Below, one piece after another: positions 40,391 through 54,275 of a stretch of DNA of 64,000 nt. The stretch's first letter is position 1; every line of letters starts with the position of its first letter. Both the position numbers and the translations under genes were made by a program. The notes beneath the pieces were generated by a model. The model worked only from the letters and a program-made list of their open reading frames with translations, searched no databases and was not told the origin of the DNA. This stretch comes from Eledone cirrhosa (Eukaryota): NCBI GenBank assembly GCA_964016885.1, contig OZ024757.1, positions 18,786,001 to 18,850,000 of the forward strand. Reading direction: 5' to 3'.

Positions 40391-41252
40391 TAAACAGAAA
40401 CAACAACACAATCTGTACAGTATATGGAAGAAATATATTAGGTTAATGCTTGATATAGCAGGTAGAGGGTCTTAACGTTTCAGATGCTAGTCCTTCATTG
40501 GAAGAAAGAATGAGAAATAAGATAGATCGAGGGGATAGGCGGGTTGGAATTGGAAAAAATGTCTTTAGATAAAAATAACAGCATCATCGTTTAACGTCCA
40601 TCTTCCACGCTAGCATGGGTTAGACGGTTTTGTTCCATTTGATGCGGGAATGGTCGGGAGACCATGTCTCACTCGCACGGAAATGTCTCTGGCAGGTTTT
40701 TTTTTACAGCTGGATGCCCTTCCTAACACCAACCACATTTACAGTGTGGACTGGGAGCCTTTTTATCGTGTTTCATACATGACCACCTTACAGTGAGACT
40801 GTTGTGTCATCGACACAGTGGACGGAACGGGAGAGGAAGGATGGGGTAGGGTGTGTGGGGTGGGGTATACATTGAGTTAAGAGGTGCCTACTGACTGTAG
40901 GTTTGTATGCAATGGCAGTTGGGTCTTCTGTACAACTGCATGGTGCCAAAGATCTCGATCCAGTGTCATTGTCTTAGAGAGGTGTAGGTGGGCAAGGTCA
41001 GCTTTTATTACCTTGTCCCAAGTTTTTCTTGGTCTGCCCAGTCCGCAACTTCCATCAATTTTCATTGCCCTGCACTTTTTTATACAGCTGTTGTCCTTCA
41101 TAGGCATCACATGTCCATATATATATACATATATATATATATATATTTTTTTTTCCCCAATATCACACATCAATCTAAAACTACTTCTCATATGTTGATT
41201 TAAAACTGAACTATCCACAAGTGTTTTTTAACCTTCATATCATGTCTTCCTC

Positions 41253-41319
41253 TTTTATCTGATGAAAACACAAATATTATTGCATGATGATATCTGTTTT
41301 TGAAATGCGCATAATAAAA
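41253..41319 (+). ncRNA. Minimal type I hammerhead with palindromic stem III
   Basis: ttttat-CTGATGA-aaaca...tgttttt-GAAA-TGCGCA-TA-ataaaa; ATGCGCAT is self-complementary. Confidence 0.75.
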
Positions 41320-41351
41320 TACATGGAACTCTTTTAACCATCTTTTGTTCT

Positions 41352-41395
<44 letters not shown>

Positions 41396-41978
41396 TATAA
41401 GAATAAAGGAACAAGGATTCAGTGTTGCATCATAACATATTACACATGATTCACTGTCGATCAGCTCGAGGAACGACCTATTACTGATCGAACCTGACTC
41501 TGTAATCAAAAGATCATCAGATATGTTTCCTATGTGGTCTCGTCTCCAATTCTATATACTCTGCGTGAGCATTGAGTGCTCAACCGGCATACCACCTACG
41601 GATGCAATTTTTCTTGCAACCATACACCTATATATTCATTTTTATTTCATTTCACTTTACGTCCGCTTTTTACCTGCTTGCAAGGGTGGGACGGGAACCG
41701 ATTCTGGCTTGATTTCTACAGCTGGATGCCCTTCCTATCACCAATCTCATATACAGTGAGTGCTGGGTGCTTTTTTGCCGTGGCACCTCCACGACCACTT
41801 TACAGTGGAATGATAGGGACCCCAGTCCCTATATTCTCATTTCTACAGCTGAGTAAACTGGAGCAATGTGAAATAAAGTGTCTTGCTCAAGGAAACAACA
41901 CATCACCCGGTCTGAGAATTGAACTCACAACCTTTCGATTGCAAGGCCAATGTTCTAACCACTAAGCCATGTGCCTCC

Positions 41979-42013
<35 letters not shown>

Positions 42014-42104
42014 TGTATGTATGTATGTATGCATGTAGACTCACAACTACATACATACATACATACATGCATGTATGTATGTAGTCGTGCGTTTACATGT
42101 GAGA

Positions 42105-42198
42105 ACATATATCTGAGGAGCTTTCACTTCGAGAGTCAGGAACGAACATAATCAATGGTTCCTTGAGCTGATCGACAGTGAAACATATGTAATATGGG
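42105..42198 (+). ncRNA. Hammerhead with long stem II (family D); inverted partner at about 41436-41528
   Basis: acatatat-CTGAGGA-about 60 nt-GAAA-CATATG-TA-atatg; partner reads aacatat-CTGATGA...GAAT-catgtg-TA-atatgtt. Confidence 0.6.
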
Positions 42199-43172
42199 GT
42201 TAAATATGTATATGATGCAACACTGATTCTTTGTTCCCTAATTATATATACACACACACACACACATATACACAGTTGTCCTTGCAGCTGTCACATTCAA
42301 CAGGGTGTCTGTGTTTGCTCACAACTGTACTAGCACCTAAAACTCATAGCAAGATTATAGTACACATTATTAAGTCAAAACTCGATTTGAAATGAAATAT
42401 ACAGTTGTCCCCTGCTATTTATGGGGGTCACATTCCTAGAGCACAAAGAGTGAAAAATCACGAATATTGGACATGGTCCATAAAAATACCTATAAAAGTC
42501 AAAACAACGTAAAATATAGGCCAGCAAATACGGTATATTGTTATTAATAATTTAGTGTTAAAAAGCATTAAAACAATATATATTGCCACGAAAAAAACCA
42601 TTAAAAAATCACAGAACAATTATTAGTTAAGTTCTGAGGGGAAAATTCCGCCAATATACACACTATATATATATATCATCATCATCATCATTTCATTTTA
42701 CGTCCACTTTTCCCTGCTTTCAAGGGTGGGACGGGAACTGATTCTGGCTTGATTTCTACAGCTGGATGCCCTTCCTAACACCAACCTCATTTACAGTGAG
42801 TGCTGGGTGCTTTTTTGCCGTGGCACCTGCACGACCACTTTGCAGTGGAATGATATGGATCCCAGTCCCTATCATCTCATTTCTACAGCTGAGTAAACTG
42901 GAGCAATGTAAAATAAAGAGTCTTGCTCAAGGAAACAACACATCACCCGGTCTGAGAATTGAACTCACAACATTTCGATTGCAACATTTCGATTTCAAGG
43001 CCAATGCTCTAATCACTAAGCCATGTGCCTCCATAATATATATATATATATATACATATATAGGAACAAGTAGGACCCCGTCCTACTCGTTCCTATTACC
43101 CACTCTACTACCCTAAGTATTGAGTACTCTGGTGCGTTATGGTCCATCTGGTTCCTTACCACATTTCCTTCG

Positions 43173-43224
<52 letters not shown>

Positions 43225-43227
<3 letters not shown>

Positions 43228-44678
43228 ACGAATATAGTGAAGAGTTTAGCGTAAAAGTTGGCGTCCATCAGGGCTCTGTTCTCAGCCCCCTACTATTTAT
43301 TATTGCCCTTCAGGCTATAACAGAGGAGTTCAAGACAGGCTGCCCATGGGAACTCCTATACGCAGACGACCTGACACTCATAGCGGAATCAATGGCCGAG
43401 CTAGAGAAGAAATTCCAAACATGGAAGCACGGCCTAGAGTCAAAAGGACTTAAAATTAACCTGGCTAAGACCAAAGTTCTAGTTTGTAGGAAAGAAAACA
43501 AGGCGGCGGTCCCTTCTGGGAAATGGTCGTGCTCGGTGTGTAGGAAAGGCGTAGGTAGAAACTCCATTTTATGTCCTAAATACAAAGTATGGGTGCATAA
43601 AAGATGTAGTGGGATCACAGGTAAGCTAACTAAGAACATAGATTTTACATGTGGCCGGTGTTCTGGTGCAATAAGTAGCAGCAAGTGCCCACAAAATACT
43701 AGCTCTTTCAATTGCGCAGAGGGTTCTATAGAAACAGTGGACAGCTTCCGTTACCTGGGCGATAAAATCAGCAGTGGGGGAGGGTGCTCTGAAAGTACTG
43801 TAGCTAGAGTCAGAACTGGTTGGAAAAAGTTCAGAGAGCTTATACCACTATTAGCTGCTAAAGGGTTCTCCCTAAAAATGAAAGGCAGGTTGTACGATGC
43901 CTGCATACGAACAGCAATGTTGCATGGTAGTGAGACCTGGGCATTGTGTGCAGAGGATATACGCAGACTAGAGAGGAACGAAGCTTGCATGCTCCGCTGG
44001 ATGTGTAACAGTAATATACGTGAACGGCAAAGCATAAACGAACTAAGGAAAAAATTAGAGATAAGAGGGATCAGATGTTGTTTACTCGAGAGAAGGCTGC
44101 GTTGGTATGGACACGTGATGCGCATGAAAGTCGATAGCTGTATAACAAAGTGCAGGGCAATAAAGATATACGGTAGCCACGGAATAGGCAGACCTAGAAA
44201 AACATGGGATGAGATGAGCTGATAAACTCCGACCTCACACACTTACACCTCTCCAAGACAATGTCACTGGACCGAGACCTTTGGCGGTACTCAGTAACAG
44301 AGAAGACCCGCCTTGCCAGTAGGCATCTCTAACAAAATACACCCCGTCCCGCCACCACCCCCACCCCATCCACACCACCCCGTTCTATGTAAAGTTATGT
44401 TGGTGCCGCGCCATCCAGGCCGAAACAAATGAGATTGTGTAGGTGTCACGACAAAAAAACACACAGTCCACGCTGTAATGTGGCCGTGTAGGCAACACGG
44501 TAAAAACCTCCCAGACCCACACTGTAAATGTGGTTGGTGTTAGGAAGGGCATCCAACTGTAGAAAACCTGCCAGACAGTCCTATGTGAGCAAGACAATCA
44601 CTCTTGCCTCAAGTGGGACTACCCCCATCCAAACCCATGCAAGCGTGGAACACGGACGTTAAACGTTGATGATGATGA
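43225..44678 (+). mobile_element. 5'-truncated RTE LINE: RT C-terminal half plus 3' UTR
   Basis: [52 protein letters not shown]; (GAT)n tail. Confidence 0.95.
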
Positions 44679-44893
44679 TATATATAAACAAATTTAATAC
44701 AGAAATGGCTTCTACAGGACTAGAACTGTTTTATTCAAAGGAAATCATCAGGGCTTTCCTAATGATTTCCTTTGAATGAAACAGTTCTAGTCCTGTAGAA
44801 GCCATTTCTGTATTAAATTTGTTGTTTACACTACACTCTACTAATAATGTATTGAGTACCTTACTTACTGTGGTTACCCCCGATTGAAAGGGA

Positions 44894-44938
<45 letters not shown>

Positions 44939-45311
44939 CATTGGATAAAATGCTTTGTGGTATTTGTTATGACTCTGTGCAATCCTATCTGTCTGTAAAA
45001 CACTGCCTCAAAAGGTGCGACCCATGCCAGCATGGAAAAGTTAATGTAAAAGCTATGATGTTGAGTATAATAAAATGCACACAAAAAAAAACTGTTACAT
45101 AAGATGAACTGACAGCTGTATCTCCTGACCTCATCAACCACCTGTTGGCATGCAGTTCTGTGTGGAACAAATACATATATATATATATGCAAAAGTTCTA
45201 TTTAAATTGTTGGGATACAACAAGCAAAGACTATCTCTGATGTCTTCCAAAAGTAACGGTTGCATTTTGAAAGGGTATGTCAATATTTATTTATAAAACT
45301 GGTATATATTG

Positions 45312-45376
45312 TATTTTGTCTGATGAAAGCATACCATAATTTAACATGGTATCCTTGAAATATGTATAATAAAATA
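45312..45376 (+). ncRNA. Family C minimal hammerhead
   Basis: tattttgt-CTGATGA-aagcataccat..atggtatcctt-GAAA-tatgta-TA-ataaaata; stem I extends as atttataaaac/gttttataaat. Confidence 0.78.
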
Positions 45377-45412
45377 GATATGGTTTTATAAATATAGTTT
45401 CCATTTGTTAAT

Positions 45413-45453
<41 letters not shown>

Positions 45454-45650
45454 TAATATAAACAATGAAATAAAAACAAAGAACAAGCTCCTTATATTAA
45501 AAAATTCATGATTTTACGATCGTTTCTGGGATGTATATGTGTGTTGGTATGTATATCATATAGATCTATGTAAAAATATTACAAATTATCAGAGGAAATA
45601 TACATACCTTCATGTATACATGCCTTCCTCATTGCATATATGTATGCATG

Positions 45651-45683
<33 letters not shown>

Positions 45684-45687
<4 letters not shown>

Positions 45688-46472
45688 TCATCATCATCAT
45701 CACCGTTTTAGGTCCGTTCTTCCACGCTAGCATGGGTTAGACGGGTTGTCCTGTTGTGGGCAGTGTCTGGTCGGCTGACCATGGCTTGATTTCTACAGCT
45801 GGATGCCCTTCCTAACACCAACCTCATTTACAGTGAGTGCTGGGTGCTTTTTTGCCGTGGCACCTCCACGACCACTTTGCAGTGGGAAGGTGTGGGGGCA
45901 TATTGTCTATATGCTTCAGCTTGTACCAATGGGAGGTCGGGTACTCTGTATTACTGCGTGACGCCAGAGGTCACGGTCGTGTGTCATCGCCTTTGAGAGG
46001 TGTAATTGGGTAAGGTCGGCTTTTATCACCTCGTCCCAGGTCTTCTTGGGTTTCCCCACTCCGTGGTTTCCATTGACTTCTAGTGCTCTGCACCTTTTTA
46101 TGCAGCTGTCATCCTTCATACGCATCACATGTCCATACCAACGCAACCGTCTCTCCTGCACACAGCATGATTCCTCTTATGCTCAGTCTCTCTCTCAATT
46201 CATTTATGCTTTGTCGTTCGTGTATATTACTATTACACATCCATCGGAGCATGCAGGCTTCGTTTCTCTCTAATCTACGTAAGTCTTCCACCTTCAGCGC
46301 CCAGGTCTCACTACCATGTAACATTGCTGTTTGGATACACGCATCATACAGTCTGCCTTTCATTTTGAGGGAGAAGCCTTTTGCAGCTAGCAGTGACAGT
46401 AGTTCCCTGAACTTCTTCTATCCCGTTCTTACCCTAGTTATTGTACTTTCTGAACACCCACCTCCGCTGCTA
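45684..46472 (-). mobile_element. RTE LINE 3' fragment, frameshifted, with SINE-like 3' UTR
   Basis: [39 protein letters not shown]. Confidence 0.9.
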
Positions 46473-46474
46473 AT

Positions 46475-46522
46475 TATATACATATGTATGTGTATATATA
46501 TATGCATGTATCTATCTATCTA

Positions 46523-46605
<83 letters not shown>

Positions 46606-46648
46606 ATATGTATATATATGTATATATATATATGTATATATATATATG

Positions 46649-46735
<87 letters not shown>

Positions 46736-46778
46736 ATATGTATATATATGTATATATATATATGTATATATATATATG

Positions 46779-46839
<61 letters not shown>

Positions 46840-46892
46840 GTATATATATATATGTATATGTATATATATATGAAATATAATATATATATATG

Positions 46893-46941
<49 letters not shown>

Positions 46942-46978
46942 GTATATATATATGTATATATATATGTATATATATATG

Positions 46979-47011
<33 letters not shown>

Positions 47012-47012
47012 G

Positions 47013-47049
<37 letters not shown>

Positions 47050-47062
47050 GTATATATATATG

Positions 47063-47093
<31 letters not shown>

Positions 47094-47094
47094 G

Positions 47095-47125
<31 letters not shown>

Positions 47126-47126
47126 G

Positions 47127-47198
<72 letters not shown>

Positions 47199-47498
47199 TA
47201 TATATATGTATATATATGTATATATATATATGTATATATATATATATGCATATATATATATGTATATATATATATGCATATATATATGTATATATATATA
47301 TGTATATATATATATGCATATATATATGTATATATATATATATGCATATATATATGTATATATATATATGCATATATATATGTATATATATATATATGCA
47401 TATATATATGTATATATATATATGCATATATATATATGTATATATATATATGCATATATATATATATATGTATGCATATATATATATATATGCATATA

Positions 47499-47545
<47 letters not shown>

Positions 47546-47580
47546 GCATGCATATAAAGATATATATACATATATGTACA
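46475..47580. repeat. Long degenerate (TA)n/TG microsatellite
   Basis: Direct inspection. Confidence 0.95.
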
Positions 47581-47702
47581 CTTCATCATCACAAACATAC
47601 ATTGTTCCACATTACAACTGGGGAAATAATATTCTACAGTATTTCACAGTTTAACACAGATCGATATGATTGCCTTTGTTTTTGTTGTTGTTGTTGTTGC
47701 CG

Positions 47703-47750
<48 letters not shown>

Positions 47751-48377
47751 CATAGTAGTTGTTGTTTCGAGTTTGATTCATGTCATCTGTTTACTTTCAG
47801 GAAATGGAAAAATGGTTTGTATGTGTATGTGGAGCGGGGGGGGGGGTGAAGAGGGCAGGTGGTGGTGGAGGAGGTGGTGTGGAGGTGGTGGTGGTGGTGG
47901 TGGTGGTGTGGAGGTGAAGGGAATATTGACATGAAATTAAATCATATGCACTTTGCTTTCGTCCAATAACAACTCTCTCTCTCTCTCTCACCCTCTCTCT
48001 CACCCTCTCTCTCTCACCCTCTCTCTCACCCTCTCTCTCTCTCTCCATCTCTCACCCTCTCTCTCTCCATCTCTCACCCTCTCTCTCTCACCCTCTCTCC
48101 CTCACCCTCTCTCCCTCACCCTCTCTCCCTCACCCTCTCTCTCTCACCCTCTCTCCATCACCCTCTCTCCATCACCCTCTCTCCATCACCCTCTCTCTCT
48201 CTCCATCACTCTCACCCTCTCTCTCTCCATTTCTCACCCTCTCTCTCTCACCCTCACCCTCTCCATCACCCTCTCTCTCTCTCCATCACTATCACCCTCT
48301 CTCCATCACTCTCTCTCACTCTCCTCATTTCTATGTACATGCAATTTGATATTCACACGCACATATATCATCCATTC

Positions 48378-48442
<65 letters not shown>

Positions 48443-48463
48443 TATATATATATATACTCACAC

Positions 48464-48644
<181 letters not shown>

Positions 48645-48663
48645 CATATATATATATATATAT

Positions 48664-48756
<93 letters not shown>

Positions 48757-48767
48757 TATATATACAC

Positions 48768-48798
<31 letters not shown>

Positions 48799-50224
48799 TA
48801 TATATATATACACACATATATATATATATATATACACACACACATATATATATATACACACATATATATATATATACACACACATATATATATATATATT
48901 TGATATCTTGCTAGCAAGGGAAATGGACGTTAAATTATGATGATATATGCACACACACACACATATATATTAAATGGTGATGATGATGATATATATATAT
49001 ATGTATACATACATACATTCATGCACACACTCACTCACACAGACACACACATATATATATATACATACACACTCTCATATATCACATTGGCGCAAAGCAA
49101 ACACACACATACATGTCTAAGTGTGTGTGTCTGTTTGTGTATGTGGGTGTGTGTGTGTTTCTGTGTGTGCTGGTGTTTGTGGCTGTGTGTGTGTTTCTGT
49201 GTGTGCTGGTGTTTGTGGCTGTGTGTATGTGTGTTTGTGTCTGTGGCTGTGTGTGTGTTTCTGTGTGTGGTGTTATATATGACTGTGTGTGTGTCTGTGG
49301 CTGTGTTTCTGTGTGTGGTGTTATATATGACTGTGTGCGTGTGTGTTTGTGTCTGTGGCTGTGTGTGTGTTTCTGTGTGTGGTGTTATATATGACTGTGT
49401 GTGTTTGTCCATCTAAAAACAAAGCATGGCTGTCCTATACAAAGTAAATCCCAGAATACTTGAAGAGGAAAGAGTTAAGTGTGTATTTATTAAGGACCAG
49501 CTTAGAGATATATGGGTCCACTTTCGACCCCTTTAGGGTCTTTTTCAACCCCTTTAAGGTCTTTTTCAACCCCTTTAAGGTCTTTTTTTACCCTCTTAAG
49601 ATCATTTTTGACCCCCCTTAAGGTCTTTTTTGACTCCTTTAAGGCCTTTCTTGACCTCTTTAAGGTCTTTTCCAAACTGGCTTCAAAATTAATAAGCCAC
49701 ATAATTAATAAACCTTGTAAAGATAAACCGAGATAGAGAGAGAGATACATAGACAGATAGAAGGAAGGAGAGACAGATAAATAGATATATGGAAATATTC
49801 AGGACCCCAATGGCTGAGCTCCGGCTGTTTCGATAGCTAGCTAGATAGATAGATGGATAGATAGATAGACAGACAAGTAGGTAGGTAGGTAGATATAGTG
49901 TTTAGCTAGATAGAGATGGATATAGAAATCAACATCACGGGGATAAATACACACATATTTACACATACATACACACACTCACAAACTAACACAATGTGAC
50001 ACATACACACACACACACACTGACTAACAATCCAACACAATGTGACACATACATACATATACAGACACACACTCACACAACTATTGACTGAAGTTAGAAT
50101 GTCTTTAAATAGCAAAGTTAAGCCAACATATGTTCGATTCCAAATCAATCTTCGTCAACAATTCTGTGCCAAGATCTTTCGACAACTTCTGTTCATTCTT
50201 TTTCTCGCTTTTAATATTAATTCT

Positions 50225-50269
50225 TTAATCTTTCTTCTTTGGTCTTTTGTCTTCCATTTTCGATTTCAC
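50225..50269 (-). CDS. Candidate terminal exon VKSKMEDKRPKKKD*
   Basis: catttttcaag acceptor; purine-rich unique sequence; frame ambiguous. Confidence 0.3.
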   Translation of the reverse strand: MKSKMEDKRPKKKD

Positions 50270-51156
50270 CTTGAAAAATGGCTGCCTTGTTCGTTTTGTT
50301 TTGTAGGTTTTTTTGTACAGGGAATTCTCTATATTTAACTCTTTAGTATTTACATTACTCTATATATACTATTGTATTTTCACAGTAAAGGCTTTATCTT
50401 CACATAATTATCTCATATAATATCGAATCTATGAGAGTTAGATATTATTTATTTTGAGAACTGTACCTAAACATCAGTATGAGTGGCCAGTTACAGCCGG
50501 TTTGAACAGAAAGAGGTGAGAGAATTCTGGCCAGATATGGCTGGGTTTAATGCTAAAGAGTTAATTCTTTAACCCTTTATCATTTACATTACTCTATATA
50601 TACTATTAGATTTTCGTGGTAAAGGATTTACTTCATAATTATCTCATATAATATTGAATCTATGAGATTTTGATATTATTTATTTTGAGAACAATACCTT
50701 AACATTAGTATGAGTGGCCAGTTGTAGCCGGTTTGAACAGAAAGAGGTGAGAAAATTCTGGCCAGATATAGCCGGTTTAAATGCTAAAGGGTTGATTCTT
50801 TTAGCCTTTTTGTGCTTGAGCACTTTCCAAATATATATATATATATATATTTCGTTTCTGAATTTGTTTAGCAAGATTCTTTATCTGATAACGTGTGTTG
50901 AAACCGATATTGTTATGCTTTAGGAGGGTCATGTTGCCAATAACATAATATATATATATATAAAGAGAACGTTTTACGCTCTACATGGCTGAATACAATA
51001 AATATAATCAGAGTTTTTCGAATATTAATAATAACATTCGATTCGTTTGCAATTATGCAAGCAAGCCTCATCAGTGGATCTGCTAATATGCAAATCAGGC
51101 CGATCAGTCACTGTGTATTTTTGAAAATAGCATATATTTTCACTAGCTCTGACAGT

Positions 51157-51236
51157 TTGGCAGGTGAAGAGTGAGCTGTACTGATGAAGGGTTATACCCA
51201 GAAACATTAGCGTCTGCAGTTCTGTTCACATGCCAA
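51157..51236 (+). ncRNA. Intact-looking type I hammerhead ribozyme with extended stem I
   Basis: gagctgta-CTGATGA-agggttataccca-GAAAC-attagc-GTC-tgcagttc; stem I extends as ttggca.gtgaa / ttcac.tgccaa; predicted cut after 51214. Confidence 0.85.
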
Positions 51237-52527
51237 CACAAGAGCAATAATGAAGTATTCATTCTACTGCCATGGCTATAAAAGTGAGGCTTGTTTGCAT
51301 AATTGCAAACAAATCGAATGTTTTTATTAATATTTCGAAAAACTCAGATTACATTTATCATCATTTCATCATCATTTTACGTCTGCTTTTCCCTGCTTGC
51401 AAGGGTGGGACAGGAACTGATTTCTACAGCTGGATGCCCTTCCTAACACCAACCTCATTTACAGTGAGTGCCGGGTGCTTTTTTTTTTTACTGTGGCACC
51501 TCCACGACCACTTTGCAGTGGAATGATAGGGACCCCGGTCCCTATCATCTCATTTCTACAGCTGAGTAAACTGGAGCAATGTGAAATAAAGTTTCTTGCT
51601 CAAGGAAACAGCACATCACCCGGTCTGAGAATTTAACTCCCAACCTTTCGATTGCAAGGCCAATGCTCTAACCACTAAGCCATGTGCCTCCATATATATA
51701 TATATATGTGTGTGTGTGTATATATATGTGTGTGTGTGTGTGTATGTGTGTATATATATATATATATGTGGGCAAAGGGCAAAGGAGCTCTTAAGAGTCA
51801 ATGGCCATCCGAAATCACCGGGAGAGATGACCCCTTAGCCTTTGTCAAGGCAGAATTCTAGGAGAAGGAAAACTCTGATATAACATCTGCAACCCTGATG
51901 GTATCCAATGATGTTGACTTGTTCTTCTTTTTGGTAAATATCATCTTGGTTAAGAGAGTGGGACTGGCCTTTGCTCACTATAAAAGCTTCACGGCACAGG
52001 CATTGCTTTATATCTGGAGATCTCTCTGCACTTGTCGTCACATGGTACCATGGGCCCAGCACTATGTGTCAATAATTGTCACAAGTGTAGTGTTTGTACC
52101 AGAGTTTTCAAGTCACTAGCTGGACTAAAAAGTCACACTCGTTCAGTGCATCGGTAGGGGTTCTCCTACATGGATATAAAGTAATGGCCGTACTTGAAAA
52201 CGAGTTGGCAGCCACCATTAAGACCTCGGATAGAATGCGTTATGGTATTTGTACCACCTCTTTGTGCTCTCTGAGTTCAAATCCTGCTGAGGTTAACTTT
52301 GGCTTTCATTCTTTCGAGGTCGATAAAAAAAAAAAGGGTTCCAGTCCAGTACTGGGGTCGATTCTTCCTCTACAGAAAAAATCTGCTGTGTTCAGACCTG
52401 AAAAGGGTTGGGCTCCACCAGGTTTATAAGTGCCCTGGACACACTGTATAACGGTGCCACTATAACTCCACAAGGAATTGTGAGATCTTTATCCTTTGTA
52501 TATACTATATATATATATATATATATA

Positions 52528-52960
52528 TGGTAGTGAGACATGGGCAGCAACTGCAGAGGATATGCGATGGCTGGAGAGAAATGAGGCAAGCATGCTCCGT
52601 TGGATGTGCAGTGTCAATGTGCGTGAACGACCCAGCATGGATGTGTTGAGAGAGAAACTGTGTCTGAGAGGGATAGAATGTAGTGTGCGAGAGAGGAGAC
52701 TGAGGTGGTATGGACATGTGATGCGCATGGAGGATGACCGATGGGTGAAGAAGTGCCAGGAAATGCCAGTTGAAGGAAGACGTGGTAAAGGTAGACCACG
52801 AAAAACATGGGCGGGGGTGGTGAGAACAGACCTCAGATCATTGAAGCTCACGGTGGAGATGACGAAGGACCGTGACAAGTGGAGAGATGCTGTGCTGAAT
52901 AAGACCCATCCCACCCTTACAAGCAGGGAAGAGCAGACGTAAAATGATCATGATGATGAC
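52528..52960 (+). mobile_element. RTE LINE 3' end with no long UTR
   Basis: [36 protein letters not shown]; tail nearly identical to the SINE family 1 tail. Confidence 0.92.
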
Positions 52961-53066
52961 AAACAATACTGTTCCTTTGTGTACACCATCTTCACAACAC
53001 TTCTATGTACATATCCTTATATGCATTCTATACACACACACAAATATATATATATATATATATAAT

Positions 53067-53412
53067 ATACGATATTAAACAAATGGAAACTATATTTATA
53101 AAACCATATTTATTTCATTATACATATTTCAGGGATACCATATTAAAAATATGGCATGCCTTCGTCAGATAAAATACAATATATAACCAGTTTTATAAAT
53201 AATTTTGACGTACCATAGTATTTTATCTGACGTAGGCATGCCATATTTTTAATATGGTATCCCTGAAATATGTATAATGAAATAAATATGGTTTTATAAA
53301 TATAGTCTCCATTTGTTTAATATCGTATATCTACTCTAAAAACTTGTCGAGTGCTTTATATCAGTTATAAAATATTTACCTGTTGTAACCCAACAATTTT
53401 AAATAAAACTTT

Positions 53413-53417
<5 letters not shown>
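53067..53417. mobile_element. Family C fold-back element, about 110-bp arms, HHR on both strands
   Basis: Arms 53067-53177 and 53218-53328; HHR 53111-53176(-) CTGACGA and 53219-53284(+) CTGACGT. Confidence 0.8.
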
Positions 53418-53448
<31 letters not shown>

Positions 53449-53451
<3 letters not shown>

Positions 53452-53847
53452 CGAAGGAAATGTGGTAAGGAACCAGGTGGACCATAACGCACCAAAGTAC
53501 TCAATACTTGAGGTAGTAGAGTGGGTAATAGGAACCAGTAAGACCCCGACAGCTGAGCTCAAGCCGTTTCGACGGCTAATTCAGAATTAGCCGTCGAAAC
53601 GGCTTGAGCTCAGCTGTCGGGGTCTTACTGGTTCCTATTATATATATATATATATATATATAACGAAGGAAATGTGGTAAGGAACCAGGTGGACCATAAC
53701 GCACCAAAGTACTCAATACTTGAGGTAGTAGAGTGGGTAATAGGAACCAGTAAGACCCCGACAGCTGAGCTCAAGCCGTTTCGACGGCTAATTCAGAATT
53801 AGCCGTCGAAACGGCTTGAGCTCAGCTGTCGGGGTCTTACTGGTTCC

Positions 53848-53881
<34 letters not shown>

Positions 53882-54275
53882 CGAAGGAAATGTGGTAAGG
53901 AACCAGGTGGACCATAACGCACCAAAGTACTCAATACTTGAGGTAGTAGAGTGGGTAATAGGAACCAGTAAGACCCCGACAGCTGAGCTCAAGCCGTTTC
54001 GACGGCTAATTCAGAATTAGCCGTCGAAACGGCTTGAGCTCAGCTGTCGGGGTCTTACTGGTTCCTATTATATATATATATATATATATAACGAAGGAAA
54101 TGTGGTAAGGAACCAGGTGGACCATAACGCACCAAAGTACTCAATACTTGAGGTAGTAGAGTGGGTAATAGGAACCAGTAAGACCCCGACAGCTGAGCTC
54201 AAGCCGTTTGGACGGCTAATTCAGAATTAGCCGTCCAAACGGCTTGAGCTCAGCTGTCGGGGTCTTACTGGTTCC

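Noticed and set aside
47801-47814. Plus-strand microexon KWKN continuing a PH domain
   Set aside because: Good acceptor but weak donor, and 44 kb from the partner exon; a chance match is likely
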